Both the position numbers and the translations under genes were made by a program. From Thermodesulfobacteriota bacterium (GTDB lineage: Bacteria > Desulfobacterota > Binatia > Bin18), in NCBI GenBank assembly GCA_964291405.2, contig OZ219926.1, forward strand, positions 736,001 to 800,000: a DNA stretch of 64,000 nt, written 5' to 3'. The stretch's first letter is position 1; each line of letters opens with the position of its first letter. Below the pieces are notes generated by a model that saw only the letters and a list, made by a program, of their open reading frames with translations, did not search any database and was not told where the DNA came from. Of the stretch, positions 44,175-52,672 are shown one piece after another.

Positions 44175-45515
44175 ATGGACCTGACAGAACTTGCTGCAGA
44201 TGTTCTCGATCAAGCCCGTCGGCAGGGTGCAACAGCAGGAGATTTGGTAATTGCGAGCGGGGAATCTTTTTCTGCGGGTATCCGCCTGGGAAAAGTCGAG
44301 AAAATTCAAAACTCCCAAGAGAAACGGATGGGGCTGCGCCTCTTTGCGGGTCAGAGTAGCGCCATTACCTCAACCGCAAATTTTACGCATGCGGCATTAC
44401 AGGCTTTTGTTGCGGAAACCCTCGATCTTGCCAAAGCGACTGCAGCTGATGAATTCTCCGGTCTCCCCGACCAGTCAGATTTGGCCCAGGACGTTCCAGA
44501 CCTCGATCTCACCGACACCAGCGTATCCCTCACCCTAAAAGAGAAACTTGCGCGAGCCCAGGAAGCGGAGGAAGCGGCATTTGCCAGCGATTCAAGGATT
44601 ACGAATTCTGAGGGTGCCGAGTTCGCAAACGCATCTCGTGAAATGGTCTATGCAAGCTCCCTGGGATTTTGTGGTAGCTACCACACCACGAGCTTCTCAC
44701 TAAGTGTTGTTCCGGTCGCTTCCCAAGACGGAGGGATGCAGCGAGACTACTGGTATTCATCGCAACGGAAACTCAAGGACCTTGAAGCGGCAAAAGCGGT
44801 CGGCCAAAAAGCCGCAGAACGGACGGTCCGTCGTCTTGGGGCAAAACAAGTCCAGACTCAAGAAGCGCCGGTCGTCTTTGAGCCGGAGATGGCAGCCAGT
44901 TTACTCCGTCATCTGGCCGGCGCGATTTCCGGCTCGGCCTTATATCGAAAAACTTCCTTCCTGCTCGATAAAATCGACGAGAAGATTGCGGCAGATGGGA
45001 TCTTTGTCGAAGACCACGCGCGCATTCCCTCCGCTTTAGGCTCAAAACCTTTTGACGGAGAAGGACTGCCAACCCGCCAGAATATTGTCGTTGAAGACGG
45101 GGTGCTCACGAGCTATCTCCTGGATACCTATTCTGCACGTAAACTCGGACTCAGATCTACCGGCAACGCCAGCCGTTCTTTTGCCGATACTCCGGCGGCC
45201 AGCACAACGAATTTCTTCTTACGGCCCGGTACGACCCCACCCGAGGATATTATTCGTTCGGTTCGGTCCGGCTTATATGTTACCGAGCTGTCCGGATTCG
45301 GTGTAAATCCCGTGACGGGCGACTATTCGCGGGGAGCGGTTGGACTGTGGATCGAAGGCGGAGAGATCGCCTATCCGGTGGAGGAGATCACTATCGCCGG
45401 TAATCTGCTCGATATGTTCAAAAACATTGAGATCATAGGCAACGACTTAGAACGGCGCGGGACGATCTCCGCACCAACAGTGAAAATTGCCCGTATGACA
45501 ATTGCCGGAACATAA
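44175..45515 (+). CDS. pmbA: TldE/PmbA protein
   Basis: MQRDYWYS, PFDGEG, GVNPVTGDYSRGA, EITIAGNL; directly follows tldD. Confidence 0.95.
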   Translation: MDLTELAADVLDQARRQGATAGDLVIASGESFSAGIRLGKVEKIQNSQEKRMGLRLFAGQSSAITSTANFTHAALQAFVAETLDLAKATAADEFSGLPDQSDLAQDVPDLDLTDTSVSLTLKEKLARAQEAEEAAFASDSRITNSEGAEFANASREMVYASSLGFCGSYHTTSFSLSVVPVASQDGGMQRDYWYSSQRKLKDLEAAKAVGQKAAERTVRRLGAKQVQTQEAPVVFEPEMAASLLRHLAGAISGSALYRKTSFLLDKIDEKIAADGIFVEDHARIPSALGSKPFDGEGLPTRQNIVVEDGVLTSYLLDTYSARKLGLRSTGNASRSFADTPAASTTNFFLRPGTTPPEDIIRSVRSGLYVTELSGFGVNPVTGDYSRGAVGLWIEGGEIAYPVEEITIAGNLLDMFKNIEIIGNDLERRGTISAPTVKIARMTIAGT

Positions 45516-45561
45516 CCGTCCTTTTGCCAAAGACATGGAAAGGCGCTAGGCTACGCTCCGC

Positions 45562-47460
45562 GTGCGACAGAAACTTTACGACTATCTCGCGGACCGGCCA
45601 GGTGGAGCAACCTCGGCCGAGTTGCTCCACGAGATTTTCGTCTCGGGTGCGATTGCCCCCTTTCCTTCTCAACGTGACCCGGAGCTGGGCGCGCGCCTCA
45701 TCCATGCGGCCCTTGGCGCTGATCAACACTGCGCCTACGATGCGAAAACAGACCGTTGGACGCTCACGCTCCACGTCGACCTCAATCGACCACTCCGCGA
45801 TATCCAGTTTGTCGTTCTCGACCTCGAAACAACCGGTCTCAAGCCCGGCAAAGCGGCCATGACTGAAGTCGCCGCAGTTCGAGTCGGCCACGGGAAGCTT
45901 GACGAGGAGTTTCATACCCTACTCAATCCGGGCCAGCATGTTCCAGCCGGGATAACCCGTTTGACCGGCATCACCGATGCCATGCTCAGAGACCAGCCGC
46001 AGATTGAAGAAATCTTTCCTCAGTTACAGCGTTTTCTCGGTCAGGCAGTCATCGTTGCCCATAATGCCAGCTTTGACCTTGGCTTCCTCAACTTTGACGC
46101 GCAGCGTCTCTCTTCTGTCCCTTTACGAAACTCCTCAGTCTGCACCCTGAAGCTGGCTCGACGACTCTTATCTGGCATTCGGTCCCGTTCGCTCGACTCG
46201 GTCGCTGCCCACCTTGGCGTCTCGTATCCGACCCAACATCGTGCCTTGGCCGATGCACGGGTGACGGCGGAAATCTTTTGTATTTTTCTGGAGCAGCTCG
46301 TCCAACAAGGGGTCACCACGCTTGGTCAGCTACTCGAGTTTCAACAGAGCGCCCGCGATGGCCGCCGTTTTGAATGTTTTGTCCCCCGCCCGACGCTGGC
46401 AAATATTCCGGCAAGCCCTGGAGTTTATCGGATGCTCGACGCCGAGGGGAAGCTGCTCTACATCGGCAAAGCCAAGAATCTTCATCGTCGAGTCAACTCC
46501 TATTTCACCAATTCTGCGGGACACAGCGACAAGGTCCTCGATTTGGTCCGCCACGCGCGCGACGTTGTCTACGAACAAACCGGCTCGGAGCTTGAGGCGT
46601 CGTTACGCGAGGCTAGCCTGATTCGCGCCCTCAAACCACCGTATAATCGACTTTCCAAGCATCTCCCCCGGGTCGCATTTCTCAAGCTCAGCGTCAGGAA
46701 TGCCTATCCCCGCCTGTCGGTCACGGCAAAGCCAGGAAGTGATCGTGCCCTGTATATTGGCCCGTTCCGCAATCGCGACTTCGCCGAACGAGCCCAGCGA
46801 CTTCTAGCTCGACTTTTTGGCCTCAGAACCTGTCCGGGCAACCTCTCACCGACTCCTGAGGCGTCGCCTTGCGTGAGCGGTCAAATTGGCGCCTGTACCG
46901 CGCCGTGCGTAGGACGGGTCTCCCGCGAGACCTACCGGGAGCAAGTGCAGCGTTTCAGCGCGGCGCTCAGTGGTGAAGTCCCAATACTGCGAGAGACGTT
47001 AATCACAAAACGTGACCGTCTTGCCGCGGATTTACAATACGAAGGGGCCGCCCGCCTACAGCAGGATATCGAGTTGCTCGACCACGTTCTCCATCTGCAT
47101 CAGCGCTTTCATTGGATTGTGACGCGGGCGAATGCCTTGCTCTTATTGCCCAGCCGCCAAACCGGAACGGCCCAGGCCTATCTTGTCCTCAACGGACGTC
47201 TGATCGAAAACCGCGCCGTCTCCAGTCTTGGCGACCTGGAATGTCTGGCGGCCCTCGCGGATGAACACTTTAATACAGACCGTGATGTCCCTTTACGGCC
47301 TCACGAAATTGACGCCAGCGTGATTCTCTCCGCTTGGTTGCAGAACCCGGAGCAAGCGCAGAGCGCCGTTTTTTCGATTAGCGCCCCGTCGACACTCGGC
47401 AACCAACTGGACGATCTTCAAACAGCCCTGAGCGACCTCCAGCGGATTGAGTTTGCGTGA
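45562..47460 (+). CDS. DEDDh 3'-5' exonuclease (DnaQ-like) fused to a UvrC/Cho-like GIY-YIG endonuclease
   Basis: VLDLETTG, AHNASFD and HRALADA exonuclease motifs; PGVYRM...LYIGKAKNL...PPYN; C..C..CxxxC cluster; UVR-like helix YEGAARLQQ. Confidence 0.9.
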   Translation: MRQKLYDYLADRPGGATSAELLHEIFVSGAIAPFPSQRDPELGARLIHAALGADQHCAYDAKTDRWTLTLHVDLNRPLRDIQFVVLDLETTGLKPGKAAMTEVAAVRVGHGKLDEEFHTLLNPGQHVPAGITRLTGITDAMLRDQPQIEEIFPQLQRFLGQAVIVAHNASFDLGFLNFDAQRLSSVPLRNSSVCTLKLARRLLSGIRSRSLDSVAAHLGVSYPTQHRALADARVTAEIFCIFLEQLVQQGVTTLGQLLEFQQSARDGRRFECFVPRPTLANIPASPGVYRMLDAEGKLLYIGKAKNLHRRVNSYFTNSAGHSDKVLDLVRHARDVVYEQTGSELEASLREASLIRALKPPYNRLSKHLPRVAFLKLSVRNAYPRLSVTAKPGSDRALYIGPFRNRDFAERAQRLLARLFGLRTCPGNLSPTPEASPCVSGQIGACTAPCVGRVSRETYREQVQRFSAALSGEVPILRETLITKRDRLAADLQYEGAARLQQDIELLDHVLHLHQRFHWIVTRANALLLLPSRQTGTAQAYLVLNGRLIENRAVSSLGDLECLAALADEHFNTDRDVPLRPHEIDASVILSAWLQNPEQAQSAVFSISAPSTLGNQLDDLQTALSDLQRIEFA

Positions 47461-47531
47461 GATTCAGCGGAGAGTACGAAGATCTTTAGGGACTTGCGAC
47501 CCGCCGAACCGCCCCCTATAGTTTGCCCACC

Positions 47532-49202
47532 ATGACAGCAACGGCACGTCTGCAGGAATTACTCAAGCAGCCCGATCCAGCTTTGGTTCTGGGGGCACAC
47601 GACGCCCTGTCTGCCCGGCTGGCCCAGGAGGCCGGATTTGATGCCATCTGGGCCAGTGGTTTTGGCATCTCGGCTACCAACGCCATGCCGGATGCCAATA
47701 TACTCACAATGAGCGAGACCCTGGAGGCGGTGCGGCGGATGAGCACCGCAGTGAATATTCCGGTGATTGCCGATTGTGATAACGGCTTTGGCAACGCCAT
47801 TAACGTCATACGCACGGTGGCCGAGTACGAGCATGCTGGGGCAGCCGGCATTTGTATTGAAGATAATATCTTTCCCAAACGATGCAGCTTTTACGCCGGA
47901 GTCCAACGCGAACTCGTCCCGATTGACGAGCACGCCCGAAAAATCCAGGCCGCGACGGCCGCACGGCAGAATGCCGACTTTGTCATTATTGCCCGCACGG
48001 AAGCTTTTATTGCCGGTTGGGGGAAACACGAGGCACTACGTCGAGCCCGTGCCTATGTTGAAGCAGGCGCTGATGCCATCCTCATCCATTCCAAAGCAGC
48101 AACGTTTGATGAAGAACTGAGAGATTTTGCGGCAAGCTGGGATATGCCCTGTCCGCTCGTATCCGTACCAACAACCTATGCCGATATTACTGCCCACGAC
48201 CTTGCGGCCGCCGGTTTTCAGCTCGTTATTTTTGCCAACCAGACCCTGCGCGCCGCTGTCACCGGAATGCGAAACGCGTTAACGACTCTCAAACGAGAAG
48301 GCCGACCGGCGGCGGTTGATAAACAGATTGTTACCTTGTCCGAAATCTACGACCTCGTTGGTGTGCCCGACCTCCAAGCCAACGAAAAGAAATTTCTCGT
48401 CCCCGGCGGACATGAGGTGACCGCGATTATTATTGCGGCCGGCTTTGAGGAGGATCTCTTACCCCTGATCGAGGACCGTCCAAAGGCCATGCTTGAAATC
48501 AGAGGCAAGACCATTCTGGAGCGACAGATTCAGGTGCTGAACGAGTGCGGGGTCAAGGATATCGTCGTTGTCCGGGGCTATCACAAAGAGCGGATCAATC
48601 TGCCGAATATTCGCTACTACGACAATGACCGCTTCCGTGAGACTGGCGAGCTCGCCTCCCTCTTTCTGGCCGAGGCGGAGATGACGGGTCGCTTCCTCTT
48701 TCTGTATTCGGACATTCTTCTCGATCCTTCCATTCTCGAAAAATTGCTCAAGTCTCCAGCTGATATCAACATCGTGGTTGACCGTGCCTGGAACGATCAC
48801 GAACCGGGACAGACGGAGGCACGGAGGAAGAAGCCAGACTTGGTGGTCACCCAGAGACCGCCCAAGACAGGCTATCGCTACCTCCCAACCGCCGAGACCA
48901 CGACGCTGACGCAGATTGGCCAACATATTACACCACAGGATGCCGATGGTGAATTTATTGGCCTCGCCATGTTTTCCGCCTCGGGAGCGCAAGTCTTGCG
49001 GACGACCAATCAAGAGCTTCAGACGTTTACTGCGACACAGCGCTTCCATGAAGCCAGCACCCTGGAAACCGCAGCTTTCACCGACATGCTCCAAGAGCTC
49101 ATTGATCGCAACCACGACATCGCCTGTGTGGATATTTATAAAGGCTGGCTTGAAATCGATACCTTCGAAGATTACCGACGTGCCTGGGCAAAAATCCACT
49201 AG
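47532..49202 (+). CDS. PEP mutase/phosphonopyruvate hydrolase-subfamily enzyme fused to a C-terminal LicC/PntC-like nucleotidyltransferase
   Basis: GAHDALSA, WASG, PDAN, DCDNGFGN, ARTEAFIAGWG, IHSK, VPTTY; the loop reads EDNIFPKRCS instead of EDKxFPKxNS; C-domain AAG...RPKAML...GY...WLEIDT. Confidence 0.85.
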   Translation: MTATARLQELLKQPDPALVLGAHDALSARLAQEAGFDAIWASGFGISATNAMPDANILTMSETLEAVRRMSTAVNIPVIADCDNGFGNAINVIRTVAEYEHAGAAGICIEDNIFPKRCSFYAGVQRELVPIDEHARKIQAATAARQNADFVIIARTEAFIAGWGKHEALRRARAYVEAGADAILIHSKAATFDEELRDFAASWDMPCPLVSVPTTYADITAHDLAAAGFQLVIFANQTLRAAVTGMRNALTTLKREGRPAAVDKQIVTLSEIYDLVGVPDLQANEKKFLVPGGHEVTAIIIAAGFEEDLLPLIEDRPKAMLEIRGKTILERQIQVLNECGVKDIVVVRGYHKERINLPNIRYYDNDRFRETGELASLFLAEAEMTGRFLFLYSDILLDPSILEKLLKSPADINIVVDRAWNDHEPGQTEARRKKPDLVVTQRPPKTGYRYLPTAETTTLTQIGQHITPQDADGEFIGLAMFSASGAQVLRTTNQELQTFTATQRFHEASTLETAAFTDMLQELIDRNHDIACVDIYKGWLEIDTFEDYRRAWAKIH

Positions 49203-49261
49203 CCCTAAGATGGCTGGTACGAGCATCCAGGCTTGCGGTACGGTCTCGGGTGGGGTGCCCT

Positions 49262-50227
49262 ATGGACGTACGAAACATTAATACGCTTATTAAAGACGAG
49301 TACGCGTTTTTCTTGCGCGAGCGGGACAACTGGAGCCTGACCGCCGGTCCACAAGACCTTGAACTCGTTGCCCACGCGCTACGCGTTCTCTTGCACGCAC
49401 GAACCACTCCAGATTTCCTGGACGACTATCGCGCGCTCGTGGCCTGCCAGAATGGGGACGGCGGCTGGAGTCCCCTCTCTTCCAATACCGAGAGCACCGT
49501 CTGGGTGTCGGCGTTCTGCGGCCTCATGCTTATTCGCGGCAACCGTTTTCTTCGGCACGCGCAACTGACCGGGTCGGTCCAGCAAGCCATCGACTACTTT
49601 CTCGATACCCAGCACCAGGACGGCCGGTGGGTTGACCCGGCCTGGGCCGACCTGGATACGACCAGTCATCCGGTCAGTTTTTTTAATGTAGTCATGGCCT
49701 TGGGCGAAACCCACAGGCAGCAGGAGGTCCGGCACGCCTGGCAGCAGGGCATGCGCTTTATCATCGACAACCAGAGCCCGGATGGCGGCTGGTATGATGA
49801 TGAGTTTCATCCGTCTGGCGTAGAGATTACTGCCCACCTAATCCAAGACGCGCTGGTCGCCGATCTCGTTCTTGACCAACAGGTCAGCGGAGTCCGCGAG
49901 GCATGCGCCAAAGGGGCCGCCCGGTTATGTGACTGGCAAGCCCAGGCCGGCTCGTGGGACGAAGAGAACGTCGACCACACCATGGACTGTACGCGGTCGC
50001 TTATGCTGGTGACCCATATTCTACAAGAGCCCCACAAGCGTGAGACTATTCTGCGTGGCCTCGGTTGGATTCTGGACCATAAGAACGACCACGGCTGGGG
50101 CGACTTTCCAGGCATGGAGACAAATCTGGAGCGCACCTGTGACGGCATCGACACCCTGCTGAAATATCAAGCCTACCGTAACAGCGACACGCACGATGTT
50201 GTCAAACTCTGGGGGTATCTCCCCTAG
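49262..50227 (+). CDS. Prenyltransferase/squalene-oxidase-repeat (alpha/alpha barrel) protein, class II terpene cyclase-like
   Basis: QW-type repeats QNGDGGW, QHQDGRW, QSPDGGW, QAQAGSW, KNDHGW; DLDTT motif. Confidence 0.75.
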   Translation: MDVRNINTLIKDEYAFFLRERDNWSLTAGPQDLELVAHALRVLLHARTTPDFLDDYRALVACQNGDGGWSPLSSNTESTVWVSAFCGLMLIRGNRFLRHAQLTGSVQQAIDYFLDTQHQDGRWVDPAWADLDTTSHPVSFFNVVMALGETHRQQEVRHAWQQGMRFIIDNQSPDGGWYDDEFHPSGVEITAHLIQDALVADLVLDQQVSGVREACAKGAARLCDWQAQAGSWDEENVDHTMDCTRSLMLVTHILQEPHKRETILRGLGWILDHKNDHGWGDFPGMETNLERTCDGIDTLLKYQAYRNSDTHDVVKLWGYLP

Positions 50228-50247
50228 ACATCCGTTGCACCTGGTTT

Positions 50248-50571
50248 ATGCCGCCTCACGCTCCGGCAAAAAGCGGCTGGCAGGCAGTCTGCCAGGCCGA
50301 CGCACTTCTCCCAGGAGAACGGAAACTCGTTACAGCCAACGGCGTGGAGATTGCTCTTTTCAATATCGACGGAGCCGTTTTCGCCATTAACAACCGCTGT
50401 CCTCACCGCAAGGGACCCTTGATTCGTGGCTATACAGACAGTGCAGGCGGTATCAAATGTCCGATGCACGGCTGGCGATTTGATCTGCGGACCGGCCAGA
50501 GCCGACGGCCAGCCCAGGCCACGACGTACCGGACAAAGATTGAGAACGGCACGATTCTTCTTGCTCTCTAA
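50248..50571 (+). CDS. Rieske [2Fe-2S] ferredoxin (NirD-like)
   Basis: CPHRKGPL and CPMHGWRFDL motifs. Confidence 0.92.
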   Translation: MPPHAPAKSGWQAVCQADALLPGERKLVTANGVEIALFNIDGAVFAINNRCPHRKGPLIRGYTDSAGGIKCPMHGWRFDLRTGQSRRPAQATTYRTKIENGTILLAL

Positions 50572-50711
50572 CCGACCTTAACAATAAAGGCCATTTCATT
50601 GCTCAACACACAGCGCTTGACTCTTATCCGTTAAAAAGCTGATGATGAAGAAGGCAGTTGGATTTGGGGGATACCATCCCTTCTGAGTGAGAATACTTTC
50701 CGGATCGTCTC

Positions 50712-51146
50712 ATGCAGACACACAAGCAGCGCAAACACCTTACTGCTTTCATATGGCTTCTTCTTTTGCTCCATCCCATTGTCGGAATGGGGATGGCTCA
50801 GGGAGCGGTCCTTTGCCTTACCCCCGATGGGCATTTTGCAATAGAAGTCCCTCATGCAAAGACTGGCTGCGTGGCCGCACACAAAGTTGCTCGTTCTCCA
50901 CTCTCTGAGACCTCACTTAAAAATCCGAGTAACTTACCGTGTTCGGATATCTCAGTCTTCGCAGATGGCTCGCACCTCACGATTCCTTCCGGAGGAGAAC
51001 TGCTGTCTCCGGCTTGTCAGCGGACCGTTGTTTTCATTTTATCGCAGCGGGAATCCTCTGCTCACCAACCCCTCCATTTTCAGGACGCTCTCGTCCCCCC
51101 ACCCTCTTCCTACACGTCTTTGCGTGGCATTATTCTCCTCGTCTAA
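50712..51146 (+). CDS. Small exported Cys/His-containing protein heading the czc-like operon (CzcI/DUF2946-like position)
   Basis: N-terminal hydrophobic segment, LCLTPDGHFAIE..H..C..H..PCSD, and a Pro-rich then hydrophobic C-terminus PPPSSYTSLRGIILLV. Confidence 0.65.
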   Translation: MQTHKQRKHLTAFIWLLLLLHPIVGMGMAQGAVLCLTPDGHFAIEVPHAKTGCVAAHKVARSPLSETSLKNPSNLPCSDISVFADGSHLTIPSGGELLSPACQRTVVFILSQRESSAHQPLHFQDALVPPPSSYTSLRGIILLV

Positions 51147-51252
51147 ATCTCCACTATTTCAGTGCTGAAAAAGCTTGCGTTGGCGTCGTGCGCCGCGCGG
51201 CTGTCGTTTTCTTTGCCCAATAACGTTTCACGACCTCCAAAGACTTTTGGAG

Positions 51253-52671
51253 ATGACAGATATGTTTTATCGCCTTATACACTCTCAACGTTTAGTCTTT
51301 TTGACCCATGTGAGCCTCGGCGTCTATCTACTACTGGAGCTGACAGGCTGTGGCACACTGCCTGTTGCGGAAAGCACACTTGAGCCACGTCGTTTAGGCC
51401 AAGAATACTCAACCTATAATGCTCCGCTCACGCCGTCGGAAGCAGAGACTCCCCCTCCCTTTGTAGAGCCACGCGGCGAACTGACACTCCGTTCGGCCCT
51501 GGTGGCAGCCCTCCTGAATAATCCGACCTTGGCCGCGTTTTCGTGGGAGGTTCGCGCTCGGGAAGCACGAGCCTTGCAAGCCGGCGTTCTCCCGAACCCG
51601 CAAGCGAGTCTTGAAATGGAGGAGTTCGGCGGAAGCGGTAACCGGACAGAGTTTGATGAAACAGAAACAACGCTCTCGTACAACCAACTCCTCGACCTCG
51701 GAGGCAAGCGGGCCAAACGTCAACGCGTGGCAACGTTGGAACGGGACTTAGCCGTGTGGGATTATGAAGCCCGACGCCTTGATGTCTTCACCGCTGTTGT
51801 CAAAGCCTTTGTGGTCACACTTGCTGCGCGGGAACGGGTCGCGCTCGCCGAAGAACAAGTGCAACTGGCAGAAGAAGCCCTCAGAACCGTGGGTCGGCAG
51901 GTCAAAGCCGGGGCAGTGTCACCTGTAGAAGAAACTCGTGCACGAGTCGCATTAGCCAGCAGCCAAGTCGAACTTGCGCTACGACAACGGAAACAGATTG
52001 CTACCCGGCTCCAGCTTGCCGCAACCTGGGGCAGCACGGTGGTCACGTTCTCAACGGTCGAAGGCGATTTAGAGCCTGTCATCCCGCCGCCAGCCGCTGA
52101 CGATCTCCTCCCGCACCTCATCCACAATCCTGACATTGCTCGCTGGCGGATGGAAAAAGAACAACGCCTCGCCGCGTTTGAACTGGAACAGGCCCGCCAG
52201 ATTCCAAACGTCGAGGTCGGCGCGGGCGTGCGATATTTCAATACAGATGATACTGCGGCGCTGATCTTTGAGACCCGCATGCCGCTCATGTTGTTCGACC
52301 GCAATCAAGGCGGCATTCAGGAAGCCTATGCCCGCTTAGCCAAGGCGGACGCGCAACAGCGAGCAGCAGAGATCCAGAGCCGGGCGGCCTTGGCGGCTAC
52401 GCATCAATCCCTGTTCTCTGCTTTTGAGCAGGTCTCTACACTGCGAGATACCATTCTGCCTCAAGCTCACTCCGCTTTTGAGGAAGTGAACCAAGCATAC
52501 CGGCGCGGGCTGTTTCGCTACCTGGACGTTTTAGACGCCCGGCGCACGCTGTTTAAACTGCGCGAACAGTATGTAGAGGCCCTCGCGAGCTACCACACGG
52601 CCGCAGCTGACGTGGAGCGCCTCATAGCCGAGCCGCTTCATGCTCTCAACCATACAGACGGGACACACTAA
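51253..52671 (+). CDS. czcC: Outer-membrane factor, CzcC/TolC family lipoprotein
   Basis: LTGC lipobox, ALLNNPTL, QAGVLPNP, LFDRNQG, YLDVLDARRTL. Confidence 0.88.
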   Translation: MTDMFYRLIHSQRLVFLTHVSLGVYLLLELTGCGTLPVAESTLEPRRLGQEYSTYNAPLTPSEAETPPPFVEPRGELTLRSALVAALLNNPTLAAFSWEVRAREARALQAGVLPNPQASLEMEEFGGSGNRTEFDETETTLSYNQLLDLGGKRAKRQRVATLERDLAVWDYEARRLDVFTAVVKAFVVTLAARERVALAEEQVQLAEEALRTVGRQVKAGAVSPVEETRARVALASSQVELALRQRKQIATRLQLAATWGSTVVTFSTVEGDLEPVIPPPAADDLLPHLIHNPDIARWRMEKEQRLAAFELEQARQIPNVEVGAGVRYFNTDDTAALIFETRMPLMLFDRNQGGIQEAYARLAKADAQQRAAEIQSRAALAATHQSLFSAFEQVSTLRDTILPQAHSAFEEVNQAYRRGLFRYLDVLDARRTLFKLREQYVEALASYHTAAADVERLIAEPLHALNHTDGTH

Positions 52672-52672
52672 T

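Noticed and set aside
42661-45515. tldD/pmbA as part of a RiPP (microcin-like) cluster
   Set aside because: No precursor peptide or YcaO/maturase genes nearby; sequences look like the housekeeping pair.
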